Virus record (IMG/VR): IMGVR_UViG_3300020045_010841 | Span: 68,389-132,388 of that record | Direction: 5' to 3' (one strand) | Origin: a virus | DNA length: 64,000 nt | In this document: one piece after another, positions 47,105 through 57,553 of the stretch | Numbering within the stretch: position 1 is the stretch's first letter | How the letters are laid out: every line of letters begins with the position of its first letter | The notes under the pieces: model-generated | Told to the model about the DNA's origin: nothing | Seen by the model: the letters and a program-made list of their open reading frames with translations, nothing else | Database searches by the model: none | Position numbers and translations under genes: made by a program

Positions 47105-47926
47105 TTAAAATAATTTTATAACTTCTAAATTTTCAGCTTTATCGCCCCCACCACCATCTTTATGAGGTATTGGGAAGTATTCATCATATTTACTGTTTGT
47201 AGTGAATACTTTATCGAATAGGGAGAACAATTCAGGGTTTGGTTTTTCAACAGTTAAATGAGAAACAGCTAAATATAATTTACCACAATTGCGTTCTTTT
47301 AACATTTTAGCTAAACCTACGAACGTTCCTCCATACACACAAATATCATCGACTAATAATATATCTTTACCATCAAAATCTTTCCTATCTACTATTTGGA
47401 TTAATTTGGATTTCCCTTCTTCATATTGTCTTGATTTAGAAGCAGAATATGTTTCACCTAACCAATCTAATTTATCTGTAAGTTTCATCAAAGGCTTAAA
47501 TCCTCCAGCATCCGTAGACATCAAAATCATAGAATTATAATTTTCTAAATTATCTGCAGTATATAGAGTACTTAAAACCTCTTTAATAAATTTACTATTA
47601 TCAATAATTTCTACACTATCCATCAATGCTTCAACGACTTCTCCATTATGGGGATGAAATATTTTGAAGTTGGTCTCCAATCCATTTAAGAATTTACATA
47701 TTAGTTTTAAACCTGATGATTCTCCTTTATTAAACCTTCTATCAGCCTGAGCATCAATTAAATTTGGAATAATAATACAAGGTCTCATTTGGTATTGACT
47801 GTGAAATGCATCAACAAATTGATTTAAATGCCATAAATCTTCGTAGCTATTAATTCTAAAGACTTGTTCCCCTAATTGTGTGTTATTCACATAACTAGTT
47901 CCGTCCGGATATTTATTTAATTTCAT
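47105..47926 (-). CDS. PRPP synthetase-like protein (candidate NARP1 ADPR-PP synthetase)
   Basis: YPDG, AQADRRF, HPH, DAGG, LLVDDICVYGGTF, LYLAVSH. Confidence 0.85.
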   Translation of the reverse strand: MKLNKYPDGTSYVNNTQLGEQVFRINSYEDLWHLNQFVDAFHSQYQMRPCIIIPNLIDAQADRRFNKGESSGLKLICKFLNGLETNFKIFHPHNGEVVEALMDSVEIIDNSKFIKEVLSTLYTADNLENYNSMILMSTDAGGFKPLMKLTDKLDWLGETYSASKSRQYEEGKSKLIQIVDRKDFDGKDILLVDDICVYGGTFVGLAKMLKERNCGKLYLAVSHLTVEKPNPELFSLFDKVFTTNSKYDEYFPIPHKDGGGGDKAENLEVIKLF

Positions 47927-48314
47927 CTAACAGTCTTTTTAAATCATTATAAACTTGTACTAATCCAGCTCTATCATCAAGATAAACATTAGCGTATACT
48001 TTTCTAGGAATGTTTTGTCCTAACATTTTTAAACTTACAGGAGCTTCATTATTGATTGAATCAAAGGGAATATCATTATCGTCCAAATAACTAATTATTA
48101 AGTCTTCATCTTGATTTCCTGTCCAAATAACTATATAACAATTAGCTTTATGAAGATCTCGTACTAATTGGTGCATTTGTTCGTATGAATTTCCAACTTT
48201 ATGGAAATCATATAATGTGTCGTCAAAATCAACGGCAACAATTAAGCTGCCGTATTTCTTATATTCATCATATAACCTTTTATATGAAACTTCGGGATCT
48301 AAGTATTTATCCAT
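47913..48314 (-). CDS. HAD-superfamily hydrolase
   Basis: AVDFDDTL, WTG, KVYANVYLDDRA. Confidence 0.8.
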   Translation of the reverse strand: MDKYLDPEVSYKRLYDEYKKYGSLIVAVDFDDTLYDFHKVGNSYEQMHQLVRDLHKANCYIVIWTGNQDEDLIISYLDDNDIPFDSINNEAPVSLKMLGQNIPRKVYANVYLDDRAGLVQVYNDLKRLLDEIK

Positions 48315-49845
48315 TTAATTTTTCTCTAATTTCGGTTAATGAAGTTTGATTATAAAATACACCATTTTCGTATATTAATTGAAGGATACCACCACATTCT
48401 TCATTTTCATTGCATTGTTGTTTTACCAATAGTCCTTCTTCACCATAATCAAATACAGCAATTCTTCCTTTTAATGATTTTTTAGTACCATCATCTGTAA
48501 TAGGATCTTTATAAATGTCATATCCTTTAATATTATTGTAAGTTTTACCTTTAATTCCTTCATCAGCAAGTAATTCGCCTACTTCAAACCAAGCACCTTT
48601 TGCGGCAAAACCAAACGTATCTCTAGTATTGAATTGATATGTGAATGAACCTACTCCTAATACAATATTAGTTGCAGCAAATCCTTTATCTGCTAATCTT
48701 TGATAAATTTGAAGTTGGCGTTCAAGATTAATACTATCACCGTAAATGGCTCCAATATGAGAATCTAATACTTTATAACCTTGGTCGTTAATAGTTCCAC
48801 CAAAAATATCCCAAAGTAATTCAATTACCCCTTTAGCTTCTGGTAAAAATTCATATCCTAATGATTTATAACCAACATAAGTTGACGGGGTACCACAAAT
48901 AATATCAACCGGATCTCCAGAGTCAGGTCTAATTACAAGTTTACCATCACGAGCCATAATTAATGCTTTAACTTCTGGGTCTGTAAGGTATTCCAAGATT
49001 AATTTCCATAAATCGAATGTATCAGCAACTATTGATAATATTCCAATTGGGAATTCTTTTAACCAATCAATAATCATTTGTTTTTCACCACAAGTAAATA
49101 TTTTTGTAGTTGAAACTGAATGTTCTGATGCATTCACAGACTCAATGCATACTTCGTTTTGTGGTTCGTTATAGAAATAACGAGCTGCAGGAATTACAGG
49201 AAGTGTGTCGGATCCTCTAAAAGAAGATGCGTGTCCTAGTCCACTTGATATCATTGTCCAAGGGTCTAACCCCCTTGCACTAAAATCGTGACATAAATAA
49301 GGAATTAAAAATGATCTTTCTTTATCTGTTTTATTTACCCACTCTGTTGTAACTCTTCTATATTGTAATGCTAGTGTTGCAGAAGTTGATGGTTTCCAAG
49401 CTAAGGAAGAAACTATAGTTTCTAAATACAAGGTTAACCAAGCAAATCCTGGTACAGTATTTATAAAAGTCATATGAGGGACATTTGTTTCAGTTTCAAT
49501 ACCTTCCGGTAATGATTTAACTTTCATAGGTAAATAACCTAAATCATATAATTCTCCAAAATGTTTACCATCATATTCAAGACCTAAATATAAAGATAAA
49601 TCACGAGCAACACTATCGACTGCTTCTTCTTTACTAAGTTTGAAGAAATTTTCTTCAAATTCATCATGAATCCATTTCCATGTCATTTGTTGACCAAATG
49701 AAACAATTTTGGTAATACCTTTTGGGGCGTGTTTTGTTGAACGTGGTATCCAAGTTCCATATAACCTTGTAGTACCTTCGGCTAACATTCGCTTGTGCCC
49801 TACTTTATAACCATCACATCTAAATAACGCATTACATCTAAACAT
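48307..49845 (-). CDS. nicotinamide phosphoribosyltransferase-like protein (candidate NARP1 Namat)
   Basis: DGYKVGH, HDFSARG, ASEHSV, SIVADTFD, VIRPDSGDP, IYGDSI, KDPITDDGTKKSLKG. Confidence 0.92.
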   Translation of the reverse strand: MFRCNALFRCDGYKVGHKRMLAEGTTRLYGTWIPRSTKHAPKGITKIVSFGQQMTWKWIHDEFEENFFKLSKEEAVDSVARDLSLYLGLEYDGKHFGELYDLGYLPMKVKSLPEGIETETNVPHMTFINTVPGFAWLTLYLETIVSSLAWKPSTSATLALQYRRVTTEWVNKTDKERSFLIPYLCHDFSARGLDPWTMISSGLGHASSFRGSDTLPVIPAARYFYNEPQNEVCIESVNASEHSVSTTKIFTCGEKQMIIDWLKEFPIGILSIVADTFDLWKLILEYLTDPEVKALIMARDGKLVIRPDSGDPVDIICGTPSTYVGYKSLGYEFLPEAKGVIELLWDIFGGTINDQGYKVLDSHIGAIYGDSINLERQLQIYQRLADKGFAATNIVLGVGSFTYQFNTRDTFGFAAKGAWFEVGELLADEGIKGKTYNNIKGYDIYKDPITDDGTKKSLKGRIAVFDYGEEGLLVKQQCNENEECGGILQLIYENGVFYNQTSLTEIREKLNG

Positions 49846-49917
49846 AAAATTTATTTTTGATTATTATTTGAGTAAATATACGACTTAATTTAATAAGAAT
49901 TTATTCCTTATTTAAAT

Positions 49918-50379
49918 TTATTCTAAAATTCCAACATATGAAAGAGCTTCTATAAATTCAAATTTAGTGAATTGTTTTAGAGTTGATTGGTCATTTTTAT
50001 ATTTAATGTAGTTCCCCGTTTGAGGATCTTTAAATCGTTCTTTTTCATTCTCTGGTACTTCAACTGCTTTTATCCCACAAAATCCCCAATCTTCACTATT
50101 AGTACCTAAAACAAATACAATCCCTTTATCAACAACATTTACACTCTGGGGATACCAAATCCTTCCATCTCTATCTTTTTGTTTAATATCAATATAAAGT
50201 TCAGGTAATGTTTCTTCATATGTTTTGAAGTCAAATTCACCGTCAATCATTAAATCATTTGATTCGAATCCTGTTACTAAACTTTTATAGGATTTTAGTT
50301 TTTCATTTATGTAAGTTATATAACAACTTTCTTCTATTCTACTTAAGGGACACTTCCCTATGTAATCATTTTTTATCAT
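49918..50379 (-). CDS. hypothetical protein
   Basis: 153 aa ORF. Confidence 0.75.
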   Translation of the reverse strand: MIKNDYIGKCPLSRIEESCYITYINEKLKSYKSLVTGFESNDLMIDGEFDFKTYEETLPELYIDIKQKDRDGRIWYPQSVNVVDKGIVFVLGTNSEDWGFCGIKAVEVPENEKERFKDPQTGNYIKYKNDQSTLKQFTKFEFIEALSYVGILE

Positions 50380-50381
50380 AT

Positions 50382-51665
50382 TTATTTTACTATTTTAAGT
50401 TCTGGTAATTTTAGTGAGTATGGGAGTTTGATTTCTCTGTCAATTACTTCTTTAATTTTGATTACCATAGAATTATAATCAAAATTTTGTTTACAGTAAT
50501 AACCCAATCGTGGTCCATTTTCTTGATATTTTTTATAATTTTCAAAATAATCTTTCATTACTGCACCAGCATGACCTAAATCAGGACTAAACCATCTTGA
50601 ACCCTCAATCAGCATGTCTTTTATTTGAGCGCTTTCATGGATAGGAGTTAATGTTCCTGGAATTAATGTAGTGCAATCCGCTTTACAAAAATCTAAATGT
50701 CCGCTCCATCCTGATACTATTAATGGTTTTTTAGATTGAGTAAATTCAATTAATGGTTTACCATATCCTTCTCCTTTGGTTAAACTAATCATAGCTTTAA
50801 CTTTAGGATGGTTATATAATTCATTCATCTCTTGGTCTGTAATATCACCATGAATTAGATATACATTAGGTAAATCAGATGATTTGACTGTTTGTCTTAT
50901 AGAATCGATTCGTTTTAATATTTCGTCTCTATCTTGTATAGAACAAGAACCCGCCATTGTTTTTAATATAAGGGACGGTTTTGTTTTTTTATTCTTAAAT
51001 GTTTCAAAAAACACCTTAATTAATGCCCCAACATTTTTTCTATCTTCTCCTATTTTTCCTTGAAGCCAATGTCCAACATATAAAAAATTAAATGATTCAT
51101 CTATTTTATCTAATGTTTTTTTTATTTCACTAGAATCTTCAATAGTTGGTAAAAATTTATATATTTCTGGGATGAACCCCTCATGAATAACTTCTATAGG
51201 TTTTTCACATTTAATTCTTCCAACAATTTGTTTTGTATTTTTATCCTGTTTATCAAACTGTGAAGTCAAAAAAACATCTTTAGCATGTTTAGAAGAAACA
51301 ATTACTAAATCTAATTCATTTATAGCATCAATCCATTGAGGAGCACAAACATCAGTTTCAATCCCCGCGGTCCATAGACAATTCCAATTTCCTATAGGTT
51401 TAGCTTCTGAAGGTATAGTAAACCAAAACATTAAATCTGGTTTATATGTTAAGTTTTCTTTTAATATATAGGGATTTAAAAATTTCCACTCTTCATGTTT
51501 ATCTATAAATCCATTTGGAGTTGTTCCCCAACCACATGATATGATTTGGATATCCCATTTATCTCCGTAAATTTCAATAAGGGCTTTAATTCGTTCTCTA
51601 CTACAAGCGGAATATCCACTGTAACAATCAATTGGTGCGTAAAATAGTGCTTTAGGTTTATTCAT
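50382..51665 (-). CDS. glycosyltransferase family 4 (GT-B)
   Basis: SGY, DRKN, TKGEGYGKPLIEF, SGWSGHLDF. Confidence 0.85.
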   Translation of the reverse strand: MNKPKALFYAPIDCYSGYSACSRERIKALIEIYGDKWDIQIISCGWGTTPNGFIDKHEEWKFLNPYILKENLTYKPDLMFWFTIPSEAKPIGNWNCLWTAGIETDVCAPQWIDAINELDLVIVSSKHAKDVFLTSQFDKQDKNTKQIVGRIKCEKPIEVIHEGFIPEIYKFLPTIEDSSEIKKTLDKIDESFNFLYVGHWLQGKIGEDRKNVGALIKVFFETFKNKKTKPSLILKTMAGSCSIQDRDEILKRIDSIRQTVKSSDLPNVYLIHGDITDQEMNELYNHPKVKAMISLTKGEGYGKPLIEFTQSKKPLIVSGWSGHLDFCKADCTTLIPGTLTPIHESAQIKDMLIEGSRWFSPDLGHAGAVMKDYFENYKKYQENGPRLGYYCKQNFDYNSMVIKIKEVIDREIKLPYSLKLPELKIVK

Positions 51666-51666
51666 T

Positions 51667-53091
51667 TTAATATACTAGTGGATGTAATAATGTTTTTTCT
51701 TTGATGGGTTCTGTTTTTATGAATTCGAATGACTTTCTTGGTGTCCATTTTTGTAGTGTTTCATCAATTCCTTTAATTATATTTTTACACATATTTTTTG
51801 CAGACATACCCGATTCATCTCCCATCACCCATTTTCTTCCTGCTAATCCATTGTATTTCCTTTGATCCGAATCGATAGAGTATACTTTTTCAATAGCTTT
51901 AGCTAATTCTCTAAAATCTAATCTTGAATCCCAAATGTATGGTGTTTGTACTGAACCTGCTAATGATAAATTGTTTGGGAATATAGGTAATGCCCACTCA
52001 CCACATTTTTTATATGTTCCAAAATGATTTGATGGGAAATCTTTATCAAACTTAATCCAATTACCTTCTTTATCTTCAAATCTCATTTGATCTTGCATCC
52101 CTCCAGTAGTATTAGCAATAATCATAGTACCGGCCATTAGTGATTCAGTTAAACTTAGTCCCCACCCCTCGTTTGAGGAAGGCAATACAGTGACATCTGA
52201 TATATTGTATAGCACGTTCATACCCGCAGTATCTAATTTTTTTTCTGTGAAATAAACGTTATTTATTTTACCAAACAATAGTTCTCTCACAGCATATAAA
52301 TCTGTTCCGTTTTGATCTATAGCATCTGTGTGTAGTAGTAAAGCTATATCGGACTGTTGTTCTGGAGTTAATGTTTCTAGAAATAATTTCCACGAAGTAA
52401 ACAAATCAGTAACACTTTTTCTTCTTATATTTCTTGAATTAAAAAATGCTACGAATTTTGGTTCTTTTCCTCCAAAATAATTCTTTTTAGCATCAGATAA
52501 TATTTTTGTGTCTTCTATTAAATAAAAATCTTCTTCATTAATTCCGTGGGGAACATATTTAATAACTTTATCATGAGCTAATTCTCCTAATACTAATTTA
52601 GTAATATTTTCTGTTTGTTTTGATATAGCTAATAAACCATCACAACTCTCATAATAAGATTTATTATAAATAGGAGCGGGTAGTTCGTCCCAAATAGTAT
52701 AATAAACTATAGGACATTGTTTTCTCACCTCATTTTCAATAGCGAATAACCAAGTAAAGTATCTTGGATCTGTGAATATCATCAAAACATCAGGCTTTTC
52801 AGCCCTTAATATGTGTCTCAACATATTACTATCACCATATCCATTATATGGATATAAAATAACAGAAGAATCTTCATTTCCCGAAGATTTGTTTATTTGT
52901 TCGGATACATCTATTCTTTGTCCACTATGAGGATGATTTATCCCCGCACCAATCTGTACCCAATTAAAATAGTGGCTTGTTCCTTCTACAATAGCTCTAG
53001 CCATGGTGGCTACACCACTAAACAAAAACATATCATCAGCTATGAATAGTATTTTTTTTCTTTGATCTTTTGGCAAATAACCTTCTTTCAT
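51667..53091 (-). CDS. glycosyltransferase family 4 (GT-B)
   Basis: VPHGIN, RNIRRK, SSNEGWGLSLTESL.AG, TGGMQDQ. Confidence 0.88.
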   Translation of the reverse strand: MKEGYLPKDQRKKILFIADDMFLFSGVATMARAIVEGTSHYFNWVQIGAGINHPHSGQRIDVSEQINKSSGNEDSSVILYPYNGYGDSNMLRHILRAEKPDVLMIFTDPRYFTWLFAIENEVRKQCPIVYYTIWDELPAPIYNKSYYESCDGLLAISKQTENITKLVLGELAHDKVIKYVPHGINEEDFYLIEDTKILSDAKKNYFGGKEPKFVAFFNSRNIRRKSVTDLFTSWKLFLETLTPEQQSDIALLLHTDAIDQNGTDLYAVRELLFGKINNVYFTEKKLDTAGMNVLYNISDVTVLPSSNEGWGLSLTESLMAGTMIIANTTGGMQDQMRFEDKEGNWIKFDKDFPSNHFGTYKKCGEWALPIFPNNLSLAGSVQTPYIWDSRLDFRELAKAIEKVYSIDSDQRKYNGLAGRKWVMGDESGMSAKNMCKNIIKGIDETLQKWTPRKSFEFIKTEPIKEKTLLHPLVY

Positions 53092-53147
53092 ATTAATTAT
53101 TTTATTATAATATAATATACTAAAAGTTATTTAAATAACCAAATATA

Positions 53148-53339
53148 TTATACCTTTTCTTTAAATTCTAAATCTGTTGTATTATGAACTTGTTTTCTAA
53201 ACTCTTCATTATTAATATATAAAAACATTGCTCGATCTACAAGTTTTTGCATACTAAATTTATATTGAATTGTTAGATGTTTAAATGCGTCAAAAGTTTC
53301 TGCATTTACTTTAACCGAAGTTAGTGTTTGTTTTCCCAT
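53148..53339 (-). CDS. small ribbon-helix-helix-like DNA-binding protein
   Basis: TLTSVKV...FDAFK......FSMQKLVDRAM.LY. Confidence 0.55.
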   Translation of the reverse strand: MGKQTLTSVKVNAETFDAFKHLTIQYKFSMQKLVDRAMFLYINNEEFRKQVHNTTDLEFKEKV

Positions 53340-53389
53340 GATATTATATTTACATTTCCCTTAGTTAGGATGTATATAAATATATAATA

Positions 53390-54370
53390 TTAAAATATTT
53401 CGAATGGATTCGGTTGTTTTTTAAATGGAGTTGCTTTAGAGCAGAGATCTTCACGTTCTTTGTATGGACAAAAATGACATGATTTGGGATTAATCGTTTT
53501 CTTAAATTTATCTTTAATTATATTACCATGTTTATCAAATGTGGAATGGGCAAATAATTCTAACATTTTATATGCTTTATCTATTTTACCATTACCGGAT
53601 GCAGGCACAAATTCTTGTATTCTTTTTTCAGGGAAATCCCCATCTTCTTTAATTTTGCGTTTAAGAATTATGAATTTTACTTCAATATTTTTAATTGGAA
53701 AATCAAACTGGTTCGCAAATAACTTCTTATATAATAATAACTGTGATAATTTTCCTTCATCTTTTTTAGCAGTATCATACCATGATTTGGTTGATGTCTT
53801 TAAATCAATTATTTCCACAGTATTCGTAGGTTCATGATACATTACTATATCTAAAAACCCATTATAAAATACATTAGGTAATATTGAATGAGATATAGGT
53901 ACTTCACAACCTACTAAACACCATCCTTTTTTCGAGAAATATTTAGCTACTTTGGATTTGAAATATCTTAATATATCAATTCCGTCCATACAAAATTCAT
54001 CTAGTTCTTCAGGAGTAGAGAAATGTTCTTTATTATTTAATATATATTGTTCTACATATAATGATTTTAGTTTTTGTCTAAAAGTCATTACTAAATCTAG
54101 TCTATCTGCTGCTACTTTACTTTGTTCGTAATATGTTGTTACATAAGATTGAATAGATTCATGAATCGCAATTCCAAATATAAGATGAATGGAAGGATCA
54201 GGTAACTTAATTTTGTCGCGATACCTAAGTCCCCATCTATAATTACATCCATTAAATATAGTCATTTGGCTGTGACTTATTATATTTTGACAAGACCAAT
54301 CTATGGGAGGTGGTTTATATGCTTGAACTAATTTAATTAGTTCGGGTATTTTTTTCTTTATTTTAGCCAT
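53390..54370 (-). CDS. PD-(D/E)XK (RecB/Cas4-like) exonuclease
   Basis: ISHSQ..C, FGIAIHE, GFLD...IIDLKTS, QLLLY, CHFCPY...C. Confidence 0.85.
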   Translation of the reverse strand: MAKIKKKIPELIKLVQAYKPPPIDWSCQNIISHSQMTIFNGCNYRWGLRYRDKIKLPDPSIHLIFGIAIHESIQSYVTTYYEQSKVAADRLDLVMTFRQKLKSLYVEQYILNNKEHFSTPEELDEFCMDGIDILRYFKSKVAKYFSKKGWCLVGCEVPISHSILPNVFYNGFLDIVMYHEPTNTVEIIDLKTSTKSWYDTAKKDEGKLSQLLLYKKLFANQFDFPIKNIEVKFIILKRKIKEDGDFPEKRIQEFVPASGNGKIDKAYKMLELFAHSTFDKHGNIIKDKFKKTINPKSCHFCPYKEREDLCSKATPFKKQPNPFEIF

Positions 54371-54468
54371 AATTTATTTGGAGATTTAAGCCAACCTAAC
54401 AACGGTCTTACGTGTGTTTCGGGGTTATTGGTTTGTTGGCACTACTATTAACCCTTTTTCGTATCTCC

Positions 54469-54711
54469 TTATTTTAAATTAATTCTATATCTTTTGGATA
54501 ATTCTTTTGACAATACATCCGCATCTATCGGAGATTTAGTACCTCGTTCTTGACTCATTAACCATTCTTCACTCCATTCTTTTACTTCATCAATTATGTC
54601 CCTAAATAAAGTTTCTTCATTTTTTTCAAAATTTCCCAACTTGTCTTGGGTGGTAGTTCTAGTAAAAATCAAATTTTCTAGTTCTTCATATTTGGCTCTT
54701 GAATCACTCAT
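54469..54711 (-). CDS. hypothetical protein
   Basis: ORF in operon. Confidence 0.6.
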   Translation of the reverse strand: MSDSRAKYEELENLIFTRTTTQDKLGNFEKNEETLFRDIIDEVKEWSEEWLMSQERGTKSPIDADVLSKELSKRYRINLK

Positions 54712-55115
54712 TTTAGCATTTTTTTAATTTCTTTATCGCTTATTCCCATTTTCATCAATATATCAGAAATATTTTGTTCCGTTAATATACATAAACTATC
54801 AATTATCTCGCGAGAACTACACGAATAATATATAGCAAGTTTATCTATGACGTCTTTGGAATATTCCTTCTTACTCGCTTTTATCCACCTGAAGAACGGT
54901 TGTTTTTTTGGTAATATTCCTTTATAAAAATTATAATGGTCTCTATTTGGAACTTGTTGTGATTGAACCTCATTCACTATCTCTAGCCAGTCTGGGTTCA
55001 TAGATAACCATAAATTCATTATAAAGGGGTTATATGTTTTTTGTTCTGTCATAGAAATTGACGACCAAGGTGTTTTTTTGGTTGTCATTTCTTTTATCCA
55101 TTCTGTAGGTCCCAC
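54708..55115 (-). CDS. clamp loader small subunit (T4 gp62-like)
   Basis: YNPFIMNLWLS...VNEVQ...HYNFY...PKK..F.RWIK; near RFC gene. Confidence 0.7.
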   Translation of the reverse strand: MGPTEWIKEMTTKKTPWSSISMTEQKTYNPFIMNLWLSMNPDWLEIVNEVQSQQVPNRDHYNFYKGILPKKQPFFRWIKASKKEYSKDVIDKLAIYYSCSSREIIDSLCILTEQNISDILMKMGISDKEIKKMLK

Positions 55116-55345
55116 TATTCTTCTCCTTCAAATAAAAACTTCATATGTTCCGGTATTCCTTCCATGTTGATTTCCATTGTTTTTGGACAATAAAATACTT
55201 GTAATGGTATTACAGCGTCTTCTCTTTCACCTGTTAAAAATCTACTTGCTTTTCTTAATACAAAACCTTGTACCCATATTTTAGATCCGGAGGGAGTTAA
55301 TATTGGTGTTGTTTTACTAAGGTCTAAATTTGGTGTTTGTTCCAT
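55115..55345 (-). CDS. hypothetical protein
   Basis: LRKASRFLTG..DAVIP. Confidence 0.7.
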   Translation of the reverse strand: MEQTPNLDLSKTTPILTPSGSKIWVQGFVLRKASRFLTGEREDAVIPLQVFYCPKTMEINMEGIPEHMKFLFEGEE

Positions 55346-55359
55346 TTTATTTTTATTTA

Positions 55360-55794
55360 TTATTCAAATAATCCATATCCTATAGTGATGCCTAATAACT
55401 CAGCATCTTCTTGTATGAATTCTATTTCTAAATCAGGTAACGACAATCTTATAAAATCATGAAATAAATCTATAACACTATCACTATCCCATTCTCCTCC
55501 AGGATTAATCCCCTGTTTTTCTAAAATTCCTTTAGCTAATTCGGATAATTGATATTGTTCATATTCAACAAATAATAATCTATCATTATATTCAGGATGC
55601 TGCCAACTTATTTCCACTCCATCCACTTTTGGATTTTGATTTGACTTCCAAACTAATCCAGTTAATTCACAAGATTTATAATAAGCTTCTGTTATTTCTT
55701 TAGTAGTTTTATTACTATAAAAATAGACTGTTTCACTTTGATTGTGGCCATCTTTTGATGGATCACCAATTTCCATTTTTATTTTATATTTCAT
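55360..55794 (-). CDS. hypothetical protein
   Basis: IGDPSKDGH...IGYGLF. Confidence 0.75.
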   Translation of the reverse strand: MKYKIKMEIGDPSKDGHNQSETVYFYSNKTTKEITEAYYKSCELTGLVWKSNQNPKVDGVEISWQHPEYNDRLLFVEYEQYQLSELAKGILEKQGINPGGEWDSDSVIDLFHDFIRLSLPDLEIEFIQEDAELLGITIGYGLFE

Positions 55795-55805
55795 AATTTA
55801 GTTTA

Positions 55806-56426
55806 TTAACTTACTGATTTAGCAAAATCTATTGCCATTTGTTTAGCGTCTTCTAAGGTCTTAGCTTCCCATTCCCCTTTACCCCATTTTTCAGGAAATG
55901 AGGAGAAATGTTCATATTTATTACCCCTCAATGCTTTATTAGGTACCTCTTGATTATAAATGTAAGTTATTGTAACTCCATCACCCCTTTCTAAAATCTT
56001 TAGGGTATCTTCTTCAGCATATGTATCATCACCCCAAAATGATAACTCTCGTTTAATAAATTCTTCTTTATTGGAAGGTCTAAATCCACTATCTCCTTGT
56101 TTACATTTACTCCCAATTCCAAATCCAAATACAGCTCTATGGCTCCATCCATACCATTTTTGTTCTTCCGGATTAAAACCTAAAGAAACAGTACCAGGAT
56201 TTTCACTTTCAGGTCTTTTACCTCCACAACTTTGCAATTGTTCTGTAATTCCTTTTTTTAATAACCATTCTTTATCTTTCTCATTTCCAATCCGAGTAAA
56301 AAAGGAACCATCCATTCTTGAATAATATGCTTTATCATCATCATTAGGTATTTTACTATCTCCAATATAAAAATTTTTATTTATTAATTGTTCTAGTTTG
56401 GTTTGAGGGGGTGTAATTACTTTCAT
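55806..56426 (-). CDS. hypothetical phage protein
   Basis: EQKWYGWSHRA...AKTLEDAKQMAIDFA. Confidence 0.78.
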   Translation of the reverse strand: MKVITPPQTKLEQLINKNFYIGDSKIPNDDDKAYYSRMDGSFFTRIGNEKDKEWLLKKGITEQLQSCGGKRPESENPGTVSLGFNPEEQKWYGWSHRAVFGFGIGSKCKQGDSGFRPSNKEEFIKRELSFWGDDTYAEEDTLKILERGDGVTITYIYNQEVPNKALRGNKYEHFSSFPEKWGKGEWEAKTLEDAKQMAIDFAKSVS

Positions 56427-56427
56427 A

Positions 56428-57327
56428 TTATTTTTCCGAAATTATTCGTGATATTAAACCAAGGAAACAAATTTGTTTATCGGGAGATGTACTACTTTGG
56501 AATATAGATTCCGCTATATACCAAGGCATTATTATACTACTTGTATATTCTTCTAAACGGTCTGATAGTAATATATATAACTCTGTAAAGTCTCTTAATT
56601 GTAAATCAATAATTAATTTTCTAATTTTATTAATTTGTTTATTTTTTAGAAGTGTTATTAATTCATCACTTATTTTACCTATATTAGAAGATGAATCAGT
56701 AATTACTAGTTCTCCAGATTTAGAAAAAGATTGTAATTTAATTAATGTTTGTCTGTTGTCTGGATATGTTATGTTTATTAAATCCGCTACATCTTTTAAA
56801 TTAAACTTAACTTTTTCAACATCCAAAATATCCACACATTTTTTAGCTAATTCTGTTTTTGTAGGAGGATGCAATTCATATCTTTCTAATCGAGATTGGA
56901 TAGGTTCTAGCATTCTTTCAAAATAATTACAAGTAAATATAAAACGAGTAGTTAATGAAAAGGTTTCAATGATATTACGTAAGGCGGATTGAGCATTTGC
57001 TGTTAAAAAATCAGCTTCATCTAATACTATTATTTTTAATGGTTTAAATGATGCAGAAGAAGCGAATGATTTTACTTTTTCACGAATAGTATCAATTCCA
57101 TTTTCATCAGAAGCATTAATATATAACGAATCACAATCTATATTCAATGTTATTAATTTAGCCGCGGTAGTCTTTCCACAACCTGCTCTACCACTAAGTA
57201 TTATGTTTGGGATAGTTCCTTCTTTGATCCATCCTTCTAAATCTTTCCTAAATATGGGATTGCCTATATATCCTTCAAGAGTTGTTGGACAGTATTTAGA
57301 CCACCATAATGTATTTTCTTCTTTCAT
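56428..57327 (-). CDS. clamp loader large subunit (RFC / T4 gp44-like AAA+)
   Basis: KYCP, GRAGCGKTT, INASDENGID, LDEADFL, QSALRN, FIFTCN, QSR. Confidence 0.93.
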   Translation of the reverse strand: MKEENTLWWSKYCPTTLEGYIGNPIFRKDLEGWIKEGTIPNIILSGRAGCGKTTAAKLITLNIDCDSLYINASDENGIDTIREKVKSFASSASFKPLKIIVLDEADFLTANAQSALRNIIETFSLTTRFIFTCNYFERMLEPIQSRLERYELHPPTKTELAKKCVDILDVEKVKFNLKDVADLINITYPDNRQTLIKLQSFSKSGELVITDSSSNIGKISDELITLLKNKQINKIRKLIIDLQLRDFTELYILLSDRLEEYTSSIIMPWYIAESIFQSSTSPDKQICFLGLISRIISEK

Positions 57328-57553
57328 CTTATATGTTTATAATAATTTTTACCAATTTTAGTAAAAACGCCATCTTCTACTCCTAAGTCACAAATCCATT
57401 GAGCAAATAGTGTTGTAGTAAATACTTCACCATTATAACATACGTTAAATCCAATTAACATAAATAATAATTCTAATAATCTCATAATTTATATTTGAGT
57501 TAATATACGAATAATATTTTGAAAAACAAGGCCTCTTACGAGGCCCTTATTTA

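Noticed and set aside
53390-54370. Nuclease C-terminus NPFEIF as a tag member, and the gene as CRISPR cas4
   Set aside because: Only a partial match to the tag, so not counted; solo PD-(D/E)XK nucleases are typical of phage replication modules
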